The translations under genes and the position numbers were made by a program. A stretch of DNA of 64,000 nt from contig NC_042999.1 of NCBI RefSeq assembly GCF_006345805.1, positions 32,178,001-32,242,000 of the forward strand, in the 5' to 3' direction. Shown one piece after another: positions 1 to 11,481 of the stretch. Within the stretch, counting starts at the first letter, position 1; each line of letters begins with the position of its first letter. The stretch comes from Octopus sinensis (taxonomy: Eukaryota). The notes beneath the pieces were generated by a model, which had not been told where the DNA came from, did not search any database, and saw only the letters and a program-made list of their open reading frames with translations.

Positions 1-260
1 GATAGCACTCAAACCATCAAACGGTATGCCCGCACAACTTTAACACTCATAACATGTTAGAATTTGCATTCTCTTGCTATTTCTGATGACCCGTTCTGCC
101 AATGATTGCCTTACACTTGATCTGAAGTTGGGCCATTAATAAAACATGCCAAAACAATTTGAGCGATTCTAAATTTTCTTGCTCGCAAATATTTAATCAT
201 TTCTCCCCAGATGTCTAATTTTACTTGCAATTTCTGAAAATAAATTCTGTAATCTAGACA

Positions 261-295
261 CAGGAGTGGCTGTGTGGTAAGTAGCTTGTCTAACC
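261..295 (+). mobile_element. 5' head of tRNA-derived SINE (A-box part), interrupted by the LINE
   Basis: caggagtggctgtgtggtaagtagcttg matches the start of the uninterrupted SINE copy at 51920 (gcagtggctgtgtggtaagtaccttgcttaccaacc); the rest of the SINE resumes at 5723. Confidence 0.85.
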
Positions 296-684
296 TCACT
301 GACAGAAGAGTGACTTTGCTTACCGTACTACGGTTTGGACGCGTTTTCTTCCCGGTAAGAGTTTTGCTGTGTTGTTAATTGTTGAATTCCTACTACTGAA
401 AATTTGCCTTTAAACGTTGCTGAACTGTCTTGTTCTCCGGTTTTACCGGGAAATAATTGAATAATTTCTTACCGTTGAACTGTTAGCCATTGTGGCTTTT
501 TATTTACGTGACTATATATAGTCCTGCCAGACTATTTTCGTGCCCCTCCCCCGTATAGGGGTGGGAATTGGAATTTTTGAACTGCTTTTTTGAACTACTT
601 TGGAAGAAAAACTTTCTATAGGTTTCCCAGTTTTGTGGGAAACCAATATTCGTAATTTTTGTGTTGTCTAATTTCAACAGAATA

Positions 685-2086
685 ATGCCTGTTGAAATTA
701 TTCACGAAAGTAGTGCTCTTGAGGAGAGCAATGTTAAAAAATTTTCTGCGGTAGCCGCAGTGGCTACCGAGAACATTGACATCGATGACAATCAGCTCGT
801 CGAGCTATTTAAAAGAATGCAAGAGGAGGGTGGTGATGTTAAAATATCACCCTCCGCCAGTATCGTGGAGACCGAGAAGCGGACCGTAGTGTTCAAAACT
901 TTCTGTCCACAAAGCAGAAGGTTCAAACACTTTGAAACAAGCACCATCGAGAAATGCCTGTCCCCGATTTGGAAGGACATCGTGTACGTCGCCAAGGGAC
1001 GGGCATATGGCACTGTGGATGTCCGCTTCTCGGGGGAAGAAATGGCCCGCGGGCATTCTGTGAACCCCCTAAAACCAAGGAGGTGGTACTTTTCCCAAGC
1101 TATAGGGGACGCAGGACGTCCCGGGTCAGGATTGTAGAAGCCCCGCCGGAAGTAGATCCGGTAGAGGTAGTGGCCGCCCTGTTATATAAAAGGGCGGACA
1201 AAATAAAAATACTTCAAGTAACATGCTCTACCCCTCTATTTTGGCTCGGGCGTAACATTAATATATTAATTCAAGGAACAGCGGAGGACCTGCAGCTCCA
1301 TCCTGAGAGGGTGCTCGTGGGCGAGAACGTAGCCCTCGGGGTACAGGTCGAAGGCCGAAAACCCACCTGTTACGCCTGCGGCAAAAAGGGCCACATTCGT
1401 GTAGACTGTCTAGACAAGCAAAAGAAACCGCAGACACCAGGCCCCTCAGATAATAAAAAAGTCCCTACCCTTGCAAACTCACCTACCCCTACAAAAACAA
1501 AAAATCCCACTCCTGCTTTTACGGTGCCAACCTCAAAACAGACTGAAGAAAAAACCCAGCCCTCGCACTCACAAACCCCCTACATTATTAAAACCTCCCA
1601 ACCCCCTAAAAACTGCGGCGCCTACCGAACAAAGTTTTGCTACCCCAGACGATACCATGGAGGTATCAGAGGGGGGATTTACACCAGTTCGTAAAAGAAT
1701 TCGTGCATCATCCCCGTCCACATCCCCTACAAAAAATAATAAAAACAAAGACACACCACAGACACGGAAAAAAAATCCCGCTCAACTGGCCCAGAAAAAG
1801 AAGACAAAAAGAAAATGAACTCATATTAATTGAATTCGACACACAAGACAAATACATAAACGATATTGTGGTTCAGCATCAGTCAGCAAGACTGTACAAC
1901 AAATACAAAGATCGAAATAGACACGCGTGGATTGCGGAAACAACGTTCAAACAATTAAAAGACAGACACCCAAACGCCATCCGGCATATCGCGAACTTGC
2001 CGGACTATCTGAAGAAAGAGGAGAAAGAAGGGGCCCACAAACGTGTGGTGAGGTCGGCCCCCACCTCTCCAACGAAATGTAAGTAG
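685..2086 (+). pseudogene. LINE ORF1 (gag-like, zinc knuckle), split over four frames
   Basis: ATG at 685; pieces 661-1137, 954-1694 (CYACGKKGHIRVDC = CX2CX4HX4C), 1471-1818 and 1637-2086 join through about three frameshifts. Confidence 0.8.
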
Positions 2087-2103
2087 AACTTTTACTTTTT
2101 GTA

Positions 2104-5100
2104 ATGGCTTCGCTTAACCTTGGTTGTTTAAATGTGCGTGGTCTGAGTTCGAAGTGGAAGCAGGCTTGTTTCCTCGACGACATCAGATCACATGATATAC
2201 ATGTGATGGTTGCTACAGAGACCAAGCTGGACAGCCTACAAACCTTCTCGCCTCTCCTGAATGGCTACGAGAAAATCATGTCTCCTGGCCAGACCGGAGG
2301 GCGAGGGGGCGTAGTGGTACTGATCCGTAAAGACTTGGCTCTACAGACAAGTACAGTCTATGTAGACCCAGAAGGTGGGCTGGTCGTCCTTGATGTGACA
2401 TACAGCAGTAAGGCCTTCAGGTTGATCGGACTCTATGCACCTTGTGCTAGAGGTTTCCAAACTGATTTTTATCGGCGCCTAGAGGCTTTCTCGTGACGTC
2501 GAAGACTTTAGTGATATTAGGGGACTTTAATGCTATCGTTGACGTACACATCGATAGCGTTGGCTCGATCTATAGGAAAGTGAACTCACGTCTCGTGGAT
2601 CTGCTTAAGCGGTTTCAGCTAGCAGATCGTTACAGACTTGACCATCCGAACGTCCCAGAGTGGACCTGGATGAGTGGCGACGGAAGGTTCAAGTCTTATC
2701 TAGACAGGATAGTGATAAGAACTAGAGATAAGTCTAGTTTTAGTTGTCCACAGCTCGTCCAGGTGCCCTATACTGACCATAGAATGGTCACGTGTAGACT
2801 GGACACAGATAGCAAACTTAAGATAGGAACCGGCTACTGGAAGCTGAACAAGTCTACTTTGACACGCGAGGCATACCGTAGCCGGATTAAGGTGTTAGTG
2901 CAGAGGGCGTTAACCGGAGCCGTGGTTAATAACCGGTGGTGGTTCACCCTCAAAAGAGCCATTCGATTCGAGTCCATTAGATTTAGTAAACAACTAGATA
3001 GGGCTAGAATAGAAGGGCTAGTTAAGAACTTATATGAGGCGTTGAGGTTGGGCTCTGCATCTCACATTTTAGCGGCGAGAACGGCATTAGACCGTCACCT
3101 CAAGACCAAACATGAGGGATGTAGAGTCCGGGCTAAAGTACGAGCATTGGGCCGTGAGGGAATTAATGTTGCCGGATGGGCCCGTACGATAGAAACACAG
3201 CGTGGAAACGATGCCACAATTGGGTCTCTTGTTGATGAAAACGGATGCACGATCAAGAAGCGGGACGAGATGTGTGAGGCACTTCACAAGCACTTCGCCG
3301 AGTTGTTCGGGAGGTGCGGGACGCTGGTTCATGGTGAGGCCCTTAGGGACTTCCTGTCTGGTGGCCCGCGCCTCTCGACACGAGAGGCTGAGTGCTGTGA
3401 AGGGCCAATCACAGCCGAGGAAGTAATCGAGGTGTTGGGCAAGTGCCCCGGGGAGAAGTCGCCGGGTCTCGATGGTCTGCCCTATGAATGTTTTAGAAGT
3501 ATGCCAGACTTGTTCGGGCACCTGCTGGCTAGCGTCTACGCCAACTGGCAGCAGAATGGGAGAATTCCCAAGTCTGCGAGCCGGGGGGCGGTGACGTTGA
3601 TCAGAAAGGACCCGAACAAGGGGGACGAGATAGGGAACTTCAGGCCCATAACTCTGTTAAACACAGAGTTAAAGATTCTGGCCAAGGTGCTAGCAAAAAG
3701 GTTGGCGCGGGTCGTGGACAAACTTGTCGGGGAAGCGCAAACATGCGCTATCCCCGGCAGAACGATCCACGACAATCTCCACCTTATACGCTACTCCTTA
3801 GAGAGGGTGGGGAAGCTTCCTGGCGCAGGGGGAGCACTGGTACATTTAGACCAGTCCAAAGCATTTGATAGGGTCGACCATCGGTACCTGGCGGTGGTCC
3901 TCGGAGAGGCTGGCTTAGGCTCGACCTTTCGAGGTTGGATCGCTGCTTTGTATAGCGACATCGAGTCTGTAGTCAAGGTGAACGGTTCCTTTTCGAAGCC
4001 GTTCAGGATCGAGCGTTCAGTTCGTCAAAGGTGTCCCCTGTCTTCGCTCCTATACGTATTGGCTCATGAGCCTTTGCTGCGGAAGTTGGAGGCACTAGGG
4101 GGCGCGCCGCATGATCTATGGTGTGGAAGAGGAGCTACGGCGTATGCGGATGACACCTCCATCATCGTGGCAGACGAAGGCCAGCTTCCAGTGGTGGAAG
4201 AGGCCATCAAAAGCTACGAGGTGGTGGCAGGAGCAAAGGTTAACAAGGACAAGTCGGTCGGTTTACAACTCGGCACCTGGAGGGGCAAGCCGATGCCGTC
4301 CAATAACGTCGTAGGGCGTTGGACGGAAGGTCCTGTTAAGCTGCTCGGAGTCTGGTTCGGGCCAGACCTCCAGATTGAGAAAAATTGGAGTGAGGTGGCC
4401 AACAAGGTGACCGCTCTAACCCAGACCTGGTCTGGGCGGGCGTTATCCCTGCTAGGGAAGGCGGAGGGGGTGCAGATGTTTATAGCATCAGTAATCACCT
4501 ACCGTCTGACCGTGGTGCCTTGCCCCGATTTGTGGCTGAACAAGTTGGAGAGAATCCTTTTCCGATTTTTGTGGAAAGGAGGAAAGCCACTTGTAAAGCG
4601 CTCTGTCTGCTGCCAGAAACCGCTAAAGGGTGGGCTAGGGATGCCTTGGCTGAGGATGCAAAAACTCGCGTTAAGGTTGAGGCACCTCTGGCTTTACCTG
4701 GATGGAGAGCAGGTGTGGTCACCGCACGTCCGATTCTACCTTCCCCAGTTAACATCCCTAACGGACATCGGTGCATGGATCAAGCGGAGACCTAAACTGA
4801 GTGAATGGCATTTGGAGTGCCGTCAGGCGCTCCAGCTACTATCTCGGGTGGGCAACGCCGGCAGCAGGAGTCCACCACGGATTTCTATAGCGGGTTAGTG
4901 GAGATTAAGTCCGAAGACGCCTTGGGGGAGACCCTGGGTTACGATGAAAATCAGTTGGTCAACCTGTTCCGGAGGACGTTCGGGCCGGTGAATCTGGATA
5001 ATTACCAGAAATCCCTGGCCTGGCAGTGTTTCCGTGCGGCTTTACCTTTTCGCGACAAGCTGTCAAGGCACGGTAGTGCCGTCTCGCCGACATGCCCGCG

Positions 5101-5494
5101 ATGTGAGCAGGATAGGGAGACCGTCTTGCACGCATTCGTGGAGTGTCCGGAGTTATCGGGACTGATAGCTTTTGTTGAACAACTGTTGTCAGTGATGGGA
5201 AGAGTACAGCTATCAGCTGAGTCTATCATCGAGATTGTGCCGCCCCCATTCCTTAACAGGGAAAGAAAGGCTTGTTTTTTCTGTGTAGTAGCCATACTGA
5301 AAGAAACAGTATGGAAGACGCGTACGAAAGGTATAGTGACAGGCACCTTTGTCTCCGGCCAGGGGTTGATAAACTTCTTTAGTTACCACCTCAGTAGCAA
5401 AATCAGGCTGGAGAAGAGGTGTCTGTCACGAGATATGTTTGTGAAAAGATGGAAGCCTGTGGCATACAAGATGGGTATGTTTGGCACCAGGTAA
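2104..5494 (+). pseudogene. LINE ORF2: APE endonuclease, reverse transcriptase, C-terminal Cys/His motif; two frameshifts
   Basis: MASLNLGCLNVRGL, VATETK, ILGDFNA, SYLDRI, TDHRMV (APE); FRPITLLNTELKILAK, LDQSKAFDRVDH, VRQRCPLS, AYADD (RT); CPRC..ETVLHAFVEC; pieces 2104-2496, 2493-4898, 4805-5494. Confidence 0.92.
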
Positions 5495-5722
5495 GTGTGA
5501 CCGGATCAGAAAGTAAAGGTTCTACCCGGAAGGCTGGGTGTCCGTCCTTCGACATGATCATTAATATTTTTAAACATTGCCTTCGTAAAATTCATTGTTT
5601 ATAATCTTATCCGTAATTTCATTCGAAAATTGTAACTGTGTTAAGCTACTTCACCCTTTATATTTGTCTGTCCTTGTTTGTCCCCTCTTTGTAAATGCCT
5701 AAATGGCAAATTATATGAAATA

Positions 5723-6130
5723 AAGTAGCTTGCTAACCAACCACATGGTTCCGGGTTCAGTCAGTCCCACTGCGTGGCATCTTGGGCAAGTGTCTTCTGC
5801 TATAGCCCCGGGCCGACCAATGCCTTGTGAGTGGATTTGGTAGACGGAAACTGAAAGAAGCCTGTCGTGTATATGTATATATATGTATATGTATGTGTGT
5901 GTGTGTGTTTGTGTGTCTGTGTTTGTCCCCCTAGCATTGCTTGACAACCGATGCTGGTGTGTTTAAGTCCCCGTAACTTAGCGGTTCGGCAAAAGAGACC
6001 GATATAATAAGTACTGGGCTTACAAAGAATAAGACTCGGGGTCGATTTGCTCGACTAAAGGTGGTGCTCCAGCATGGTCACCGTCAAATGACTGGAACAA
6101 GTAAAAGAGTATAAAAGAAAGTAAAAGAGT
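5723..6130 (+). mobile_element. Remainder of tRNA-derived octopus-type SINE (B-box, body, internal TA/TG repeat, tail)
   Basis: gggttcagtc B-box-like motif; body collinear with 51920-52313; tail of aaaagagt repeats. Confidence 0.88.
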
Positions 6131-6415
6131 ACAGGATATATAGATACCTGCGCGGATCGCTGCACTTGTTTCATGCTTCCAGTCTGCGATTGGTATCAGA
6201 CACACTCCTGGCTTTTGTAGCTCTTATTGAAAATGAATGTGTAAACCTGCAGTGTTTGAAGAATATCATTAACTAACCCGGTCTTAGCGGGACATAGAGG
6301 GCCTATAAAAATTTGTTTTATACATAAACAAATGTCTCACACATAGATGCTCGTGTGCATGTGTGTGTGCGTGCGTGCGAGCGCACGCGCGTGTGTGTGT
6401 GCTTACCGAAATATA

Positions 6416-6714
6416 TCTTTATATATAAAAGTGAAGTTATGTGTCTGTCTACTACGATTTAGATTCCTAACTTCTCCCACATTTTGCAGTGCAGTTTAAC
6501 CAAAAGCGGGTATCTTATAGTCGTCATTCATATCGAGCCCTTCTGGGTATAGGCGCGCGTCTACGATGAGTCTATGATATAAAAAAAAATTACCACCATG
6601 TTTTCCCATTTTTAATGCATTTTTTTTGTTATTATATAAGGGAAGTAACTCTCCAAAAATGCTTATATAGTTATTTCCCTTACAAACCCGAGAAACGCTG
6701 GGCGATACTGCTAG
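6416..6714 (+). mobile_element. Non-autonomous Helitron
   Basis: A|TC start (tctttatatataaaa), subterminal GC hairpin cccgagaaacgctggg, CTAG|T end; homologous to 38227-38755. Confidence 0.8.
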
Positions 6715-7227
6715 TACAATATAAATTCATTACTCTCTGTTATTTCTTAATGTTATTGAATACTAAAACCTTATCCAAGAACGATATGTAAGAGAGAATC
6801 GAAAACGAGAGCGAAATCTCTGTTACACTTTCATAAAGTTTTACAAAGTTTAATGTACTGAAATGTGAAAACATTTCAATTTGCTTTAGTTCAACTGTCT
6901 AACGATCAATGTTCTCATGAGAGCGAAATTTTATGTGGTGGATTGAAGTGATATAAAATGTTAGTCTTATTTTAAAGCTTTTGGATATACTGCAATTCCG
7001 ATGAAATGAATAAGAAATGTAGAGACATGTTGGCAAAACGTGATGTTCAAATCTACGAATAAAATAACATTTGTCAAAAATATTTTTGAAACGGAATTTT
7101 AGTAGATATTATATAATTACTTTTGTTTATAACAATTACATTTTATGATATATATATATATAGATAAATAGATTGTTAGATAGATAGATATACCTATAGA
7201 TATAGATATAGATATATATATACATAC

Positions 7228-7266
<39 letters not shown>

Positions 7267-7445
7267 ATAATAAATATTAGGGAATAAATCCAAATTTACA
7301 GGGAAAAAAATCAGATTTAGGATTAAATCCAATTTTATAGTAAAATATTATAAAATATTATTAGAGACAAAACCACTATTTTGCAAAACAAACAAGGAAA
7401 GACTTAATCAATACATAAAATTTTAATAAATAGTCAAAAAAACCG

Positions 7446-7488
7446 CCACTACAATCGTTTCTTGTCTTGATCGACAATCTTCAGGTGG
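7446..7488 (-). ncRNA. Minimal type I hammerhead ribozyme motif
   Basis: Minus strand reads ccac CTGAAGA ttgtc-gatcaa-gacaa GAAA c-gatt-g TA gtgg: stem I ccac/gtgg, CUGANGA core, stem II, GAAA, 2 bp stem III, GUA triplet. Confidence 0.8.
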
Positions 7489-7548
7489 ACTTCCAATAAG
7501 TCAGTTTCAAATTATGAAGTCAAAATTTGAAACTGACTTATTGGAAGT

Positions 7549-7591
7549 CCACCTGAAGATTGTCGATCAAGACAAGAAACGATTGTAGTGG
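7549..7591 (+). ncRNA. Minimal type I hammerhead ribozyme motif
   Basis: ccacctgaagattgtcgatcaagacaagaaacgattgtagtgg; predicted cleavage after GUA at 7587. Confidence 0.8.
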
Positions 7592-7684
7592 CGGTTTTTT
7601 TGACTATTTATTAAAATTTTATGTATTGATTAAGTCTTTCCTTGTTTGTTTTGCAAAATAGGGGTTTTGTCTCTAATAATATTT

Positions 7685-7718
<34 letters not shown>

Positions 7719-7720
7719 AT

Positions 7721-8138
7721 AATAATAAATATTAGGGAATAAATCCAAATTTACAGGGAAAAAAATCAGATTTAGGATTAAATCCAATTTTATAGTAAAA
7801 TATTATAAAATATTATTAGAGACAAAACCACTATTTTGCAAAACAAACAAGGAAAGACTTAATCAATACATAAAATTTTAATAAATAGTCAAAAAAACCG
7901 CCACTACAATCGTTTCTTGTCTTGATCGACAATCTTCAGGTGGACTTCCAATAAGTCAGTTTCAAATTATGAAGTCAAAATTTGAAACTGACTTATTGGA
8001 AGTCCACCTGAAGATTGTCGATCAAGACAAGAAACGATTGTAGTGGCGGTTTTTTTGACTATTTATTAAAATTTTATGTATTGATTAAGTCTTTCCTTGT
8101 TTGTTTTGCAAAATAGGGGTTTTGTCTCTAATAATATT
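7721..8138. mobile_element. Penelope-like pLTR palindrome, unit 2 (455 bp tandem duplicate of unit 1)
   Basis: Near-identical to 7266-7688; hammerhead motifs at 7901-7943 (-) and 8004-8046 (+). Confidence 0.75.
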
Positions 8139-8409
8139 ATATATATATATATATATATACCTATCTATAGATATGTAAATACATACACACACGTATAAAT
8201 AAACGAATGTATGTATGCACATATACACACGCTTACATCTGTACAGATGCTCTGCGTTTGTATTTGGCTTCAAAGAACATTGATGTGAACTCTTGTATTG
8301 AAACAAATTGTAAGGAGGGATGCTCACTATGGTGACTTTACTCTTAGTCAATAGATTGTTATATAATGTAAATATATATATATGCGTGTGTGTGTGTATG
8401 TATACTACA

Positions 8410-9560
8410 TATGAGGAAAATAGGGGTGTGTTTGTTTGTTGCGTTTTTAGCCACATCGTTTCATTGATTTTCATGAATCTTGACACTTGAGTAAAACTCA
8501 CGTCTGGAAACAGCGTGGCATACAATGATTATTAAAACAATCGAAAATACGGCCCCTGCTAGGGATGTTTATATCCACCTCATATTACTATTTTTTTAAA
8601 CACCCAATGGGAAATAACCCATAGCACCTACACAATATTTTTTAAACACTCATGGGAAATATCCCGTACAACCTCCAAGTACGGTTGTTTGTTATTAGCG
8701 AAGCGATCAATATTTGATTTTCACGATCAGCGGACCTAATTCTGCAATTCACTACTCTCAGTTTTCAACTACTAGACCTTATTATTACACTTTCGTGATG
8801 CATGTACACTTTCAATGCCCATAACTCCGATATTACTACATTTTCCAGTTAATATTTTTCGATTCCAGAACGTATTTAATAAGTGTGTTCCATTGAGCTC
8901 ATACTTTCAATGTTCAAAATTCTTAAAAAATATAACCAAACTTCCACACCATATTCAGTTAGGACACCCTGTATCACTTATATTTATTTTACAAATCATA
9001 AGATTTACAGTTCAAACATTTTCATGAAACCATCGAACTTAGAAATATTTTACAGATTTCATTGTTTATGTTGAATTGCTTCGAATATGGGTTGTTTTTT
9101 GTGTGTCTAATGTCTAGTTTTTGCAAACAATATCACGTTTATACTATACTTGACACGTGAGTAGAACTCATGACTGGAAATATCGTCACATACTAAGATT
9201 CTTCAAAAACTCGATAATAGTGCCACTCCAATGGATCCTTATATCTACTACATATTACTAATATTTTATTTAAACAACCAAAGGGAAATAACCCATACCA
9301 CCTGCACTTTTTGGCGAAGTGATCAATATTTGATTCTCACGATCAGCCGATCTAATTCTTCATTTCATTACTCAGTTTTGAACTCTTAAACTTTCTTATT
9401 ACACTTTCTTGATTTGAATTTTAAACCTTAAAGATGTCATCCATACATTTCTATACATACATACTTTTTTGAATGCCCATTACTCCGATAATTCTGCATC
9501 TTTAAAGTTACTCTCCTTCCATAACAGTAGGTAATTGTTTTTCTTCCACAACGTAGCGGC
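8410..9560. repeat. Old diverged tandem duplication, ~670 bp period
   Basis: tgacac(t/g)tgagta(a/g)aactca at 8481 and 9151; further shared blocks gggaaataacccata, gatcaatatttgatt, atgccca(t/a)actccgata. Confidence 0.6.
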
Positions 9561-11443
9561 GGTTTCATGCAGGCATAGTGTGGATTCGATCCTCAAATTG
9601 CCAAATTTCACTTAACACTTCAACAACGCTTTTCTCACGGTAAAAAATAGTTTTTCTGTGAATGACAATTATTACATTTCCCAGATGCCTTCGCTAAGCA
9701 GAATAATGTGTTTTACACTTGACACAGTGACATATTCTAGCCCATCAGGGGCTGGAATGGGGATAACAGTCCTCCAGCGAAATCATTTGTTCTCAACAAT
9801 ATGTCTATCCTTCTGGCTGCTTTTCGATAGTTATAAAAGCAAGAATTCCGTAAGCTAAAGGCAGTTACTGAGAGCGACCAGTAGTGAGTGTGAACATTAT
9901 TATTGCAATTTATTCATTTCATTCTTAAACATTAAATACTTCATTTATATATTTATATATTATCTTTAAAGGATTAACGTTCAAAACGTTCACCTTTAAA
10001 ATGCCACGATGAGTCCGAGTACTTTTTCGCCGAAAATCTCTCTCACCAACCTCAATCTTCCCCTCCTCCAGCTGATAGCTTCTTGTACTTTTTCGCGACG
10101 GCAAATACACCTTGTGTGCAATTATTACGAAATTGCTTTCTTACATCAGAGTAATAAGGCATTTCAATAGAACATCTCTACCCCCGGGAACTACCGTGTA
10201 CACCAGCTACTATATACGTATACATATGTATATGTGTATAAAGCAAGGTTCCGTTTCCACGTGGTAGGGGATTCAATCCACAACGTGGATTTTTGTGCAA
10301 GTAATATTTTCTCAATCACCTACCTAGCCGAAGTTTTTGTGGGGAGGAGACTCTATAAAAAGCTTTCGGGTAGGGTGCACAGTAAGCATACATTTGTCTC
10401 TGGAATGCCCAGTCATTTTCATGTCAATTCTAGCATCGACTGATGGAGAGCCTATGCTTTCCGTATGAATATTGCGTAAAAGATATTTCGAAATTAGAAT
10501 ATATCGTTTCTGAATTTTTTTCCAGCTGCGAGTATTTCTGACTAGGTAATATAAATATATATATTGGAGGAAGTCACATATGTGACTAAAGTAATTTACT
10601 AACAACGTTGTGTGTAATAGCTTCATCTTCAAGGTTCAAGTCACGTGAGGACCTTTCAATATTGTAAAATATAAGTATTATACTTAGTTGCAATAATACA
10701 TAACGAAATTATAGTTGCCATGGTGAATATCTATAAATGATTTAGTTCAACATATTTTACTTTTCTATTATTATTTTCACTGTTTGGATCCAAGATATAC
10801 GTGATAGAGCATACATACGGAGGAAACGCATTCTGTTTGCCATCATCCGATCGGCATTTCAATATTAGTGTATCTATAACTACGTAAGCAAACCTGTGCT
10901 TTGATTATACTTCAAGGTGTAAGTTGAGGGAGATTTCACTGCTCTTTTGCTAGTAGGTCGAGTGAGCATATAACTAACTGCACCTTGGCTCTTATCTGTA
11001 TTCTATGATATATTGGAGACAAGAAATATTTTATAAGTCTATTGTTAAAAGTCTTTTCTACTCCGGTTTCCTCAACACAAAAATCAAGGTTTACATAGAT
11101 AAATCCTATTATATCCAGGCTACACGTCGATCTATTGATATATAGAATATCAATAATAGGCCAGGAAATGATTCAGCTGCTAAAAGATGTCTCCATTAAT
11201 AGAGATATAATCGAAGATTTTCTCAATCATACTTCAAAGCGCCCTCGCATCAATCATTGTATATCTACTTCAATCTACCAATACATATTCATAGAATGGT
11301 GTTAAGCCTCTACAGAAACATATTTATATGAATATAAAATAGAACAAAAATATACACATAAAAATATATATGAACGAATATGCATGTGTGTGTAGAGGTT
11401 TGTATGTGTCCACGTGTAGACGTATACCTATATACATATGTAC

Positions 11444-11481
<38 letters not shown>

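Larger units (their letters stand above)
296..5722 (+). mobile_element. Full-length Tx1/L1-clade non-LTR retrotransposon, frameshifted
   Basis: 5' UTR, CCHC-knuckle ORF1, APE+RT+C-terminal zinc-motif ORF2, 3' UTR ending in AATAAA (5719-5724); flanked by aagtagcttg(t)ctaacc at 279-295 and aagtagcttgctaacc at 5723-5738. Confidence 0.92.
7266..7688. mobile_element. Penelope-like terminal repeat (pLTR) palindrome, unit 1
   Basis: 165 bp inverted arms 7349-7513 and 7524-7688 around a 10 nt loop; a hammerhead motif in each arm; flanked by (TA)n. Confidence 0.75.

Noticed and set aside
3087-5346. Antisense and alternate-frame ORFs overlapping the Tx1 ORF2 (and likewise the RTE elements)
   Set aside because: Expected by-products of GC-richer coding sequence; no independent motifs.
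9675-9775. Minus-strand peptide VIPIPAPDG...HIILLSEGIWEM resembling a PP2C/TAB1-type motif
   Set aside because: In-frame stop just upstream, no good splice acceptor and no other matching exons; probably chance.
9925-10632. Two short minus-strand ORFs with plausible splice donors
   Set aside because: No homology I recognise, weak acceptors, and a stop just before the donor in the longer ORF.
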